The position numbers were made by a program, and so were the translations under genes. Positions 27,298 through 40,732 of a stretch of 64,000 bases of DNA are shown in pieces. This stretch comes from Paraspadella gotoi. Lineage: Eukaryota; Animalia; Chaetognatha. Below the pieces are notes generated by a model, which saw nothing but the letters and a program-made list of their open reading frames with translations, did no database searches and was not told the DNA's origin. The stretch's first letter is position 1; each line of letters starts with the position of its first letter. The stretch covers positions 11,881,130 to 11,945,129 of the forward strand of contig CM119263.1 in the NCBI GenBank assembly GCA_051294375.1. The letters are read 5' to 3'.

Positions 27298-28572
27298 ACC
27301 GTTTCGACGACGAAAGAGAGAAGATCAATCGAGTTTTTACAGTATTGTGATATTTGTTTAGCAGTTTGTTTACCTGTTCCTTGACAGACTAAGTGAATTA
27401 CCACTACCGTATATCCAAATTTTCTGCCTGTATTTAAAGAAACTGTTATTCTAGTCAAACAGTGATGTTATTATGATTTAAGGTGACTACATGGTGTGAT
27501 GGAAAGCGTAATTATTGAACCTATTTCACTCTTCCGCTACGTACTATGGATGTTTGTTATTGCATCTTTAGGATAGTTTTAGAATATTATTCTAAGCATT
27601 TTCAAACTCATTACCGAAACTATATTGGAGTTTATCTCACTAGTTGCATAACTTAGTTTCCCTATTTTCTATTTGAATTATCGTCGTAGATTCTGTACAT
27701 AAATATCGTGAAACAAAAAAAAGTATTCTTCCTGATAAAACCAAGAAACTGTAAACCACAAAGAAAAAATTGTTGATTTCGTACCGAAGAAAATAAAGAA
27801 AGCATTACAAAGAAATTTATTCAAAAAGTATTTTAAAAAAAAGAAACATATGGGAAATAAAAGTGTGTACATACCAGTTTTTTTTTTTTTTCGAAGATCT
27901 ACCTGATCCACGAAATGCTACCACCCTCTCTATAAGACGTTGTCCTTTTCGTTCACCGTTATACCAGTGATAGCTAGTCCACATATGTAATTGCCATACA
28001 ATCAAATACATTCAATTTATTTGTAGGAAATTTATGGGACTTTATTGTAATCTTTATTCATTGATTTCTCGGCCTACGTCGCTGGTTTATTTTCGAACCT
28101 TAAAAATATAAGTTCTCTCATGCTACTGTCATCTTATGTAAACCTAGACTTGTTGAGAAAAAAAATCAATGTTGCCTCACTTATGATAGCCCCGCTTGAT
28201 CTTTTTTTTAATGCCGTTTCTTCTCAGTCAGTGAAAGGCTCCAATTTAAAGCCTGTTTACTTCAGCTCGCCTTCAAGGAATCCTCCGATCTCTTTGTTTG
28301 ACCTAACCTTGGCGCGGACCTCAGACCTCAGATATGTAATTGTAAAGAAACTTTTTCATCGCTTGCGCTTTCGACAAATTTGTCAAGATGGACCCAATTA
28401 ATGGCGTCGGTGTCGGCGGCGGCGTTCCAAATTATAGATTTGTAATTGTATGAAGCTAAAAAATGAGATATTTATTCTCATCAAATGTGATTTGTTTACA
28501 TTTTATATAAACAAAACTAATTTCTTCTATTTATATGTCTCTTTCTCTCTCTCTTTTTTTTTAAATTAATGT

Positions 28573-28655
<83 letters not shown>

Positions 28656-29457
28656 GGGCCATGTACTGTTCAATTCAATTTAATTCACTTCTGTATCACA
28701 CATATGAATATGGGAAAAAAAATTGTATGACTTAAAATTTTTTTTAAAAAAAATATATATATATAAGAAAGAGAGAGAGAGAAAGAAAAAAAAATATAAA
28801 AGTTTAAAAAAAATGAAAGAAAGTAAAAATAGCGGTAGCCGACCAAATTCAAATTATAATGGGAACAGCATTAAAACTAATCCATTATTGGTATTAATTA
28901 TTGTGTTAAATATTTTTTTGCAAAAATGTTCCGAACCATGAGTAATTCGCTAATTAATATTATTATATTGCTATATAATGTTAAAAATTTTTTTTTGATA
29001 TTTTTAAGTTTTTTTAATTGATTCTGATAGAGCTTAAAAAGTTAAGCAAAAAATATAATTACAACTTTTTAAAATTTTGATGTTTTATTACTAAAAATTA
29101 GTAAAAACTGCTAAAATCATCGGATGATGATGATGATTGATTTTTTAAGGTTTTTCTCAATTTTAACCCACTTATCATCAAAATATTGAAAAAAGAATTA
29201 TACTTTGTGTAGATAACTTTTCATAAGCTATTTGAATCCGCTTTTAAAAGAAAAAATTCAAAAAATTTTTTTTGACATTTCCTATCTATAAATAAATATT
29301 AAAAAATTAATTACTAATGCTTCTAGCCATTTTAGAAAATTTTGCTCCATTGAAAGTTTTCTCAGAAATGTATGAAGTTTTCATTTGGAAAGGTTCCCAA
29401 ATCAAACTTCTGACCCACCCCATTGACGAAGTTTGGCTCTAGTAAAAACAAAATAAA

Positions 29458-31024
29458 GGTTTCGCATACAATCAGTGTCTTTTAGACAACGAAATCTGAA
29501 CTTCAATAATTACCAAATTTCTTGATCTCATTGGTTAGTACGAAACTTTCTTCATTTAAAAAAACGGTAGACTCAAGTTATCTCTTTCTTATCACTTAGA
29601 ACTTCCCATGTAAATTTCTATGAGTTAAAAATACGGTAAGACATGATTTCTTCAATGCTTGTCAATCTAATCTCATTAACGGCTTAATTTTAGAAAAAAG
29701 TATGCTTGAATTTTTATGGTACAGATGATTTTTAAAGATCGAATTCCTTATAAGAATCCTCATGTCTTTTACTTACACCAAAAGATTTTAGTAAGACGCC
29801 ACATTATCTGATACAATTTTTTTTCCTTCATACGCTTTTCCTGATTATTTTTCTTCACCTCTTTTCTTCTCTTACTTTATATTATATTTATACTTTATAT
29901 TCCTCATCCTCTTTCCTCCCTTACTTCTCACGCTGTCACTTACAATTTTTTGGCCCTACCTTTTCTGTCCCTCATGCACTTTCCTTACCTTTCTCATCTT
30001 CACTCTTTCCCTTTCTTTTCCCCTCTTTTTTTTCCATTTTCCCCTCTTTTCTTACCTTACAATTGTTTCACTATTTTTTTTCCCCATTTGCCTTCGTTTT
30101 TTTACCTTTCACCCTCTCTTCATTCTCTCCCCTTCTCGTTTTCTTGTTTTCCCTTTCCTATTTCCTCTCACTACGTTTACATTGAGCCAAATCAAAGAAA
30201 ATATTTAAAATGCATTATAAGAAAGAAAATGAACGGTAGCGCATTATTTTTTTTTTCAATTTTGGTTGCCTAGCAAATTTAGTAAATCGACAGATTTTTG
30301 CGGAAAATATTTCCGCAAAATCTGTCGATTCTGAGAAAAAACAAGTCCTGACGCTTTCCATTGGGTTAAAAGGATGCGGTTTTTTTTCATTTAATCAAGG
30401 TCAGTATGTACCTCATCTTTTAAAACTAATAAATGAGTTGAAAATATTCTCTTTATGAAAAATAAATGCAAGTCACAAAAAGTCACAAATTAAAAGACGT
30501 CTTTAAAAATTATTTTGTGGCTAAACCAAAAAAGTTTTTTTGATAATTTTATAGGTGTTAAAAGCTTATTCAATAGGCTATATTTTCTGTTAATTTCAAC
30601 CAATTTGATTTATTTTTGTTTAACAAATTATATAAAGACTGAAAACTCAACTTTTTGGACTTGTTAAACTTTTAAAATTAATTCATAGCAAACTATAAAT
30701 GATTTAAGCAATATAAATTTACCCAGGGCGTAAAAAAGATAAGAAAGAACGGATTTCCAAAGTAAAAAGTTTTTCTCAACTTTCCTTGGCATTCAAATCA
30801 GAGGTGTAAGTAAAAATGGACAAAAATGGACATAATTTTTTTGGCTAAAAGTTGCCAAAATGGTACCTATTTTTCATTAGAAACGGGTGGAGATGTTTCT
30901 AACCAATCCTTCGTTCGGCCTAATTTGTGTTGTGGTACAAAGTTAATCAACATTGTAAGTAACAACTGAACAATAGGTGGAAAGAGTCGTTTTTTTCCTA
31001 AATGCAACGTTTGTACGCGGAACC
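29458..31024. mobile_element. Non-autonomous DNA transposon, copy A (TIR GGTTCCGCATACA, 4-bp TSD TAAA)
   Basis: taaa|GGTTTCGCATACA ... TGTACGCGGAACC|taaa; no transposase ORF. Confidence 0.8.
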
Positions 31025-31157
31025 TAAAAGGAAGAAACAATATTGAAGCAAAAACACAATACTGAAAATATAATTAGAAAAAAGTTAAAAAAGAATTATA
31101 AATATTAAAATGAAAATAAGTAAAAATATTTTAAGATTTCTTATAATTTATCATCTA

Positions 31158-32840
31158 GGTTCCGCATACATCAGTGTCTTTTAGACAACGAAATCTGAAC
31201 TTCAATAATTACCATCTTCTTGATCTCATTGGTTAGAATGAAGCTTTCTTTATTTAAAAAAACGGTAGGCTATAGTTATCTTCTTCTTATGACATAGTAC
31301 TTTCTAGGTAAATTTCTATGAGTTAAAAATACGGTAAGACATGTTTTCTTCAATGAGTGTCAATCAAATCTTAATTTTAGAAATAAGTATGATTGAATTT
31401 TTATGGTAAAGATAACTTTTAAAGATTGAATTCCTCATAAGAATCTTCACGTCTTTTACTTACACAAAACTATTCAGGCAGGACGCCACATTATCTCATA
31501 CAATGTTTTTCCCCTCATACTCTTTCTCTGATTCTTTTTCTTCATCTCTTTTCTTCTCTTATTTGTATTTTTCTTTCCCTCTTTCCTCCCTACTTCTCAC
31601 GCCGTCAATTACCATTTTTTTAGCCCTACCTTTTTTTGCCACTATTCCACTTCCTCACCTTTTTTCTCTTCTTCATTCTTTCCCTTTCTTTTCCCCTCTT
31701 TTTCTTTCCATTTTTCCCTATTTTCCTACCTTTTATTTGTCTCACTATTTTTTTCGCCATTTGCCTTCTTTTTTGCCATTTGCCCCGCTCTTTCATTCTC
31801 TCCCGACCTCCTTTTCTTGTTCTCCCTTTCGTTTTTCCTATCACTACATTTACTTTGAGCCAAATAAAAAAATTTTTTCTTATGCTTTATAAAAAAAGAA
31901 ATTAATGGTAATGAAGGATTTTATTTCAATTTTGGTTGCCTAGCAGATTTAATAAATCGACAGATTTTTGCGGAAAAATTTCCGCAAAATCTGTCGATTC
32001 TCAGAAAAAAACAAGTCCTGACGCTTTCCATTGGGTTAAAAGGATGCGGTTTTTTTTTTGTTTTAATAACGTCAGTATGTACCTCATCCTTTAAAACTAA
32101 TAAATGAGTTAAAAATACTCTCTTTATCAAAAATAAATGCAAGTCACAAAAAGTCACAAATTAAAAAGTTGTCTTTAAAAATTATTTGTGGCTAAATGAA
32201 AAAAGTTTTTTGATAATTTTGTAGGTGTTAAAAGCTTATTTAATAGGCTATATTTTCTGTTAATTTCAACCAATTTGATTTAATTATTTTGTTTAACAAA
32301 TTATGATAAAGACTGAAACTGCAACTTTTTGACTTGTTAACTCTTAAAATTAATTCATAGGCAAACTATAAAATAATTTAAGCAAATAATTTACACAGGG
32401 GTAAAAAAGATAAGAAAGAACGGATTTCCAAAGTAAAAAGTTTTTCTCAACTTTCCTTGGCATTCAAATCAGAGGTCGTAAGTAAAAATGGACAAAAATG
32501 GACATAATTTTTTTGGCTAAAAGTTGCCAAAATGGTACTATTTTATCATTAGAAACGGGTGGAGATGTTTCTAACCAATCCTTCGTTCGGCCTAATTTGT
32601 GTTGTGGTACAAAGTTAATCAACATTGTAAGTAACAACTGAACAATAGTGGAAAGAGTCGTTTTTTTCCTAAATGCAACGTTTGTACGCGGAACCTAAAA
32701 GGAAGAAACAATATTGAAGCAAAAACACAATACTGAAAATATAATTAGAAAAAAGTTAAAAAAGAATTATAAATATTAAAATGAAAATAAGTAAAAATAT
32801 TTTAAGATTTNNNNNNNNNNCAACGTTTGTATGCGGAACC
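31158..32840. mobile_element. Same DNA transposon family, copy B (TSD TCTA); right part probably mis-filled with copy A sequence
   Basis: tcta|GGTTCCGCATACA at 31158 and TGTATGCGGAACC|tcta at 32840, across a 10-N gap. Confidence 0.75.
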
Positions 32841-33293
32841 TCTAATAAGCTGCATACCCGCTAATTTATCGTGGTCTGATCCGACATTGCTCAAACTTTT
32901 AATTTTACAAGATCAAATTCGACCAACGTTGCATTCTTCTCGGTTGCGCAGCTTTGTTAATGATGCGTGGCAGCTGCTGGATTTATGAACGCGAAACGTG
33001 GTGGTAATAGTGAAATGAATATCGTGCCTTGTATGGGTCAAAACCGTTGTTTTCTTTACTTAGTGACAAACTAGTTGTTTATCACATATTTCGGTCTCTG
33101 GAGTGATTACAGTATTATCGAATACAACATATAGCAACAGAAAATAAACTAGATATACAGTAAGTTATAACCTACAAATAATAATTGAATTCGTCCTTTT
33201 CGTTTTCGGGCTGAGGAATACTCAGGGAGTATGCATTCATTGTTTGGCAACATTTTCATTCCTGCTAGTCGAGAGAGCGAGTGAGAGAGAAAG

Positions 33294-33333
<40 letters not shown>

Positions 33334-33342
33334 CTCACTCAC

Positions 33343-36300
33343 CTGTTGTCGGGTCTTCAATTTTTCGAGTGATTTATCGCTTTCGTCCTTCTTAGTATCG
33401 TCGACTCCTGGAGGAGAAAGAGAAAACGAGAGAATGTCGAGGAGGGACGCCTCTGGATCATCACCCCAACTCCTTCGCCGGGGTGGTCCGTCTCTAAGAG
33501 GAGTGGCACATTTTGGTGTGGCCCTATCCTGATGCGGGAGGGGGTTCTCTATATTGCGGACCATTCAAGATAAAAAGTTTTTTTTAAATAAATAATTCCT
33601 GCTTCCTCTGATTGTCAGACCAGATATGATATTTCTCTTGGTTTCGAAAAAGAACGAAGCGAAAAGAAAACGTGCCTTTAACATTCTTTAAAAGTTTTTG
33701 TTTTTTGTGTTTACGTATATGTACAACTTGGGTTTTTTCTACCGGCTGCCGCGAAGAAGGAGAATCTCTGAAAGCAGTAATAATTCCATTCTCGTTAGCC
33801 AATTGTGTAGAAGTGAAAAAACTTAACGTCAGCGCGAGACACTAAAACGAACTTTACATTGTAGCCCTCCGAAGGATGATAAAATCATGACAGGCTCGAG
33901 CCGGAAAGAAATAAGAGCGCAGAACATTTCTTTTTGGGAGGAGTTAAAAGCGGCGGGTGAAATAGGATTTGGGCGGTTCCACTTTTTATTTCGAATTGTA
34001 AAATTGTAATTATATATTTGAAGATATGATTATTTAATATGATCTTAAATGAGCTTGCATTTTATAGTTAAGCTGTTTATATTGAACCTCTTGGTACTTA
34101 GGAATATACTTTTCTATGCCCTCCTAACAGAATCAGTGAAAATTTATTAGAAAAAGCTAAAAATATCTTAAGAAGCCCTTTAACGAAAAAAGTAATTTTC
34201 ACAAAGGATCATTAACTCCAATTCTTTCACCCCCCAGCACTTCCATCGTTTAAAATATACTGATCCGTAGTTCATGTCAAAACGTGGACGAGTTAAGAAT
34301 TTAAAGAGCATAAATTTCGGAGAAGACGCATTCACTCGCCTTTCTCATTTAGACGATGATTTGCGGTGCTTTATTCTGCGAAGAGAGGGTAAAAGTCAAA
34401 TTGCTTCCGTTATATTTATTAAGGTGAAACAGGTTGATATAGATAGTGTCTATTAGAGACCAAAGAAATTAAAAAAAGACTTAACTATTACCTAGTCGAA
34501 AACAAGGAGGCCATTTTAAATTATTATAGTAATTTATAACATTAAAGTTTTGTAAATCTAAATATTTTTATTGGATTCTGTTTCTGCTAGAACTTATTAA
34601 AATTATTAAAATTTTTAAATTTATCATGATGATATATCTTATATCTTACATTTATATCTTATATATTCTACGAATTAATTCAAAAGGTAATAAAAATCGT
34701 TTTAGTAACAGGGTAGTGATTCAAAACTTAGAAATAACTAAATTTTATTTTATATTATTTTTTTAATGTATATTAAATGCTCTGTGCATCCGACAAAAAT
34801 GCAATGTTGGTTAAAGCTGCTCTGCGCCTGTTTTTAGCTTTAATCCACGACTTAAATAATTTAAAATTCCCTGTCATTTTGTTACATACGTAATTAAGAA
34901 GACCATTTAGATTAGGAATAAAAGGAAACCGTACAAACTGACTTTATCAGAGTCATTTATAAGGATGCTGCAGCATACAATTGTTGCAGACCCAAAAAAC
35001 AATATTCTGCATGCTGGTAGCTCATATCTATGTGCTGAAAAACATTATAAAGAAAACAAATGGACGTCACAACTTTACTACCCTATTTTATTACCCTATT
35101 ACCCCATGCAGCAGTTTGAGAAATCTTTTTTATCCTTGATTATTAAAAACAATATTAAAATGCTATAAAAATTTTATTTTTTTTTAAGTTCATACTGTAA
35201 TGGCTACTATGGCTGGGTGCTATCTCTGTAAGCTTATGAAATCAATAACTGAATAAAATATCATGATGCTAAATAATGCAGCAACGGATAAAAAAATGAT
35301 ATTTCCTTATGCTTTTACACCTCGGCAAAACAATACTGCTGCAGTTCACTATAATAATCTGAGGTTCCATTTCTTGACATTTATCAAGAGAAAATAAAGA
35401 TTTCTAGTGCTGCAACATTTTGATTTTTGATTGAAAGATTTTTTGGCCATCAAAACTTTTAAAATTAATTGTACTTCACTATGCTAAATAGGGCGTTTTA
35501 AAGGGGCCAATCCATGTAACTTTCAACCAAAATATCGATGGCCAAAATTAAACCATCTCCAAGCTGTGGGCCAATCTTTCAGAAGTAGTTAGTCGGAACT
35601 GTTATGATTCTTTGGGGTGCTGTGGCAGGAGTGCTATCAGAAGATTAGAATTGTCATTTCTATTTTTTTTTTAAATATTAGGCCAATGGGTAACAATAAG
35701 ATAAAATGATTAAGCTATACAGATTTTCNNNNNNNNNNCATTTTCGCCCGCTGTCTTTTTGTTTTAAGCACTCGCCCTCCCTGGATGTCCCATTACGTCG
35801 GTTTATTTCAAGAGAAACTCTAGTAAAAAACGATTTCTCTCTCGGAATACGGGGTTTCAGCTAAATGACCGCGAAAAAATATTGGTCTAAAAACTGGACA
35901 GGAAATAGTGAGAAAGGCGAGGCGTAACACCTAGTACATACAATTTTGAACGAAAAAAGAACTATACGCTTTAGGAGTTGGATTTTTGGTCTTTTCTTTC
36001 TTGAGCAAATAGTTTTAAAGCACTGACCCTCGTCAGAAAAAGAAAGCGATCGAATCCGGAGGTGAGCCCGCGAAGAAATTAACTAATTTTCGTCTCTGTC
36101 TAGTTTCTCCGCCCACTGATGCTTGCGTTATGACACATTTGTCACTTGCAAGTTTGGTCCAGAGTATTTATCATTTTCAATTTGACGTTTTTCTCTCTCA
36201 TCTGTCTATCTTCTTTTTTTCAACTCACTTTCGCTTCACCTTTTTTTTTACTTCCTAACTTCACTTTTTGTTCTCCTTCTTCCAAAAAACCGCCAATCAC

Positions 36301-36743
36301 TTTTCAGCTTTTATACGTCGGATTTCCTTTTTAATTTCACTCATATTTTTAACGACTCTTGTAGCGGAAGTGTTTCATACTCCGCCTGACGTAGCACGAG
36401 CTCTTCCCTACCCAAATGACTTGGATTCGGTCTGACCCACCGGTGGCAATGTACTATTGCCCGATCCGAAGTTGGGGACGGTCAACTTCTCGCAGCATTC
36501 TCTGCCATACATTATCGAACATCGCTGTTACTTTCTCATTTTCAATATATCTTCAATTTACTGTCCCTGACCTTATCGTCACTAATCGTTCCTTTCTAAA
36601 TTCAAGCTCTTGCTCACTTTTCGCTCGTCTTAGGCGTCGCACTTAAATTTTCTCTTTTTTTTTCTTCTCGATTTTCCCTTTCCCTTCAATTTATTTCAGT
36701 TCATTCTTTCCTTTCTCTAGCTTTTCGTTTGACTGCTATTTCT

Positions 36744-36793
<50 letters not shown>

Positions 36794-36794
36794 T

Positions 36795-36846
<52 letters not shown>

Positions 36847-38005
36847 CCATTATTCACTTATCGATCCATCTTCCTCCGTTTTTTTCTGTCTTCGCTTTCC
36901 TCTTTCCCTCACCCCTTTTACAATTAGAATCATGTACGTACATTTTCTTTTTCCTAACTTCTGCTTACGATTATCGATCCACATACTTTGTATCATCTCT
37001 TTATTCTTTTTTGCTTTTTCGCTTTCGCTTTCTCTCTCTTTCTCTCTCTCTCTCTGTGAGCTAAAATATAGTNNNNNNNNNNNNNNNNNNNNNNNNNATA
37101 CGGGACGGATACGGGGTTTTCAGCTAAATGACCGCGAAAAAATATTGGTCTAAAAACTGGACAGGAAATAGTGAGAAAGGCGAGGCGTAACACCTAGTAC
37201 ATACAATTTTGAACGCAAAAAGAACTATACGCTTTAGGAGTTGGATTTTTGGTCTTTTCTTTCTTGAGCAAATAGTTTTAAAGCACTGACCCTCGTCAGA
37301 AAAAAGAAAAGCGATCGAATCCGGAGGTGAGCCCGCGAAGAAATTAACTAATTTTCGTCTCTGTCTAGTTTTCTCCGCCCACTGATGCTTGCGTTATGAC
37401 ACATTTGTCACTTGCAAGTTTGGTCCAGAGTATTTATCATTTTCAATTTGACGTTTTTCTCTCTCATCTGTCTATCTTCTTTTTTTCAACTCACTTTCGC
37501 TTCAACCTTTTTTTTTTACTTCCTACATTCACTTTATTGTTCTCCTTCTTCCAAAAAACCGCCAATCACTTTTCAGCTTTTATACGTCGGATTTTCCTTT
37601 TTAATTTCACTCATATTTTTAACGACTCTTGTAGCGGAAGTGTTTCTACTGCGCCTGACGTAGCACACGAGCTCTTCCCTACCAAATGACTTGGATTCGG
37701 TCTGACCAACGTGGCAATGTACTATTGCCCGATCCGAAGTTGGGGACGGTCAACTTCTCGCAGCATTCTCTGCCATACATTAATCGAACATCGCTGTTAC
37801 TTTCTCATTTTCAATATATCTTTCAATTTACTGTCCTGACTTATCGTCACTATCGTCCTTTCTAAATTCAAGCTTTGCTCACTATTTCGCTCGTCTTAGG
37901 CGTCGCACTTAAATTTTTCTTTTTTTTTTCTTCTCAGATTTTCCCTTTCCCTTCAATTTAAGTTCATTCTTTCCTTTCTCTAGCTTTCGTTGACTGGCTA
38001 TTTCT

Positions 38006-38039
<34 letters not shown>

Positions 38040-38052
38040 CTCTTCTCTCTCA

Positions 38053-38112
<60 letters not shown>

Positions 38113-39165
38113 ATTTCCATTATTCACTTATCGATCCATCTTCCTCCGTTTTTTTCTGTCTTCGCTTTCCTCTTTCCCTCACCCCTTTTACAATTAGAAT
38201 CATGTACGTACATTTTCTTTTTCCTAATTCTGCTTACGATTATCGATCCACATACTTTGTAATCATCTCTTTATTCTTTTTTGCTTTTTCGCTTTCGCTT
38301 TCTCTCTCTTTCTCTCTCTCTCTCTGTGAGCTAAAATATAGTTTTATGTTTAAAGCAAAAAGGAGAAATAAATCTATATTAAAAAACAAACCTCTTTTTT
38401 CCCGCCTCCTTGAAAAAAATTGAAGAACAAAAATCTATCCACAAATCTCTATATAATTACTCTCTCTATATATCTCTCTTTAACTCTCTCTCTACATCTA
38501 TCTCTCGATATCTCTCTATATCTCTCTCTATATATCTATACCTTTATCTCTCTATCTTTCTTTTTCCAACTCTTTCTTTTTGCCTTTTATGATTCCTTTA
38601 CTTTTTGTATAAGCGACACAGTAAATTTCAAGTTTTTCCAGATTCGGTTTTCTCCCCCTTTCCTCCCCCCAATCTCCCAGGACAATGTAACTTCTCCCAC
38701 CTCCCCTCCTATTCATTCTAACCATCCCCGGTCGCATTGATCTTCCCTACCCCCCCTCTCTCCGCTGTCGCGCGGCTGTCGACCTCGTCGTCGGCTCGGA
38801 GCCGACGAGCTCGCTGCTGCACGACTGCTACGGGGCCGTCGGAGCGACTTCAATTTCCTCTTCTCCGACGAGGGCGACGGCGGCCTTTGCTGCGTCGTCG
38901 TCGGCGCCTGCTGCAGAAGCGGTTGCGTCGACAGCAATGACGGAGGGTGTGCGAAACTATTACGCGTTAACGTCAATCCGTTAGAACGTCGCCGTCGTCG
39001 CCGAGGTCGCGGCCAACGTCGTTTTCTTCCTCGTTATTGTCGTTCTTCTTCACTTCCGCCCTCTGTCTCTTTCCTCCTCCTCTTCGTCTTCTTCGTCGTC
39101 GTCTTCNNNNNNNNNNTCTTCTTTTTCTTCTTCTTCGTCTTCCTCGTCTTCATCGATGGCAAAAA
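33343..39165 (-). CDS. Possible fragmented gene for a low-complexity acidic/Ser-Pro-rich protein
   Basis: GC-richer islands with splice-like ends: 33550-33343 (AG|ENPLPHQDRATPK...KTRQQ|GTGAGT), ~36640-36415 (RRLRRAKSEQELEFRK) and 39165-38760 (poly-D/E, then QQRPPSPSSEKRK). Frames are broken and I recognise no family. Confidence 0.35.
37106..38342. repeat. Second copy of 35843-37072, likely assembly artefact
   Basis: Near-identical tandem copies separated by an N gap, differing mainly by indels. Confidence 0.85.
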
Positions 39166-40732
39166 TATGTTTTTAAAGTAGGATCTTGAAAACGTTAGGA
39201 ATATTCCGCCTTTTTTTTCCTCCCGCTTAAAGATTTCGCAATATTTTTCTCAACTTTGCCATTTCCGTTCCCCTCTGTGAGAAGGGAGCGCGTGTGGTCT
39301 CATTAAACCTCTTTTTTTTTTTCCTTCTCGTTTCCGACCGCGTATCTTGTGATCCGCTCTGGTCGGGAAAATTTCCCTTTCGGTCGCCGAGATGAAGATT
39401 TTCTACGTTAAACTGTTGTATAACCTGCAAAAGAGCTTCCTTGTACAATGTACAGCGAACGTACTTTACCACTCTGAATTCCATTGTCCAACTTTTTGTT
39501 TTTTATTTTAGCGCCATATATTTCCTAAGATTCCCCGCGCCACTCGCGGTCCCGTATCTTTAAAAAAAAAATCGCGCCAAATTAAATTCCTTTTCAAGAT
39601 TCGTCCACGATGCTTAATTTTCTTTTAAACACGCTATTTCTTTCTCCATAGCAGATTTTTCCTCTATTTTTATATATTTTTAACATCATAAAAATATCAA
39701 CTTCACCAAATAAAAGAAACAGATTAGCATCTTTTTCTTACATCTATACACACACACACACAAAAACTCCCATTATCTTTTCCTCTTTCTCTCTCGACTT
39801 GTCTCAATCTTTCTCCCTCTCGTTTTTCCGTTTCATTCACTCGCTCTCTCTCTTAGTTTCTTTCGTTATTCGCGATCCCTGGTGGGATTTTCAAGTGTTT
39901 ATTTTTGATCTCTCGGGTTCGATCCTCGAGTCTTGTCTTAGATCTTCGCGATCGGTGGTCGTGTGGGTAAGCGGCGAGCAAATCGATCGATTGGGAATAA
40001 ATTATCTTTTGAATAAATAAATTTGAAATAAATGTTATTCGTCTCTGAAAGTATTAAATGGGACGCTATATGGTTTTTTCCAAGAACACTGCTTGAGCTT
40101 TGACGTCGCATATCGCTAGCTTCGGGAAAATCCTTCATGAAATCCTGAACAAAGTTTGCAAATTTCTCCAATATTTCATTTAGGATTCGTTGTCAATTTG
40201 AGAAACAAAAAAATCAACCTAACGAGCAAATTTTGTAGAGAATTTGCGATACACTTTCCCCGTACCTTTTTTTTCCCTCAAAACCTTGTTTTCCGGTTGG
40301 CCCTTCAAAGACTCCCTGCCTTCGTCTAAACTCTAAACTCCGCCTCACCATTCCGCAGCTCTTTTCCTTACCTCTCGAACGACTAAAAAGCGCGACCAAA
40401 GATCCTTTCATACCACTTTTGACAACCGCACCTCCTTCAAAGCCCTGCCGATCTCCGTTCAAAGCGGCCGCGTCTCGCCTTCAATCCCCGCCCACCGAAA
40501 GCGACAGTGTTGAATCCCGCCCCTTTTTCGACCTTCTCAGCGACAAAACACAGAATATAAACCGATTTTTAGCTAAAAAAAGGAAAAAAAATTCTCGACT
40601 TAAAAATAAAAAAAAAAGTGTAAACAAACGGGAGACGCGACCCGCTCCGAGAAATGTCTTCCGATTTTCTCCGAGTTCGTTCCGATTAAAAAAAAAAAAA
40701 AAAATTCAAATATTCTTCCGAAAAATAAAGAG

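Noticed and set aside
29950-31905. Phe/Leu/Ser-rich ORFs resembling membrane proteins (also 1104-1388, 4562-4922, 36729-38740)
   Set aside because: Translations of pyrimidine-rich low-complexity or microsatellite DNA.
35843-38342. 1.2-kb tandem duplication
   Set aside because: Same artefact pattern around an N gap.
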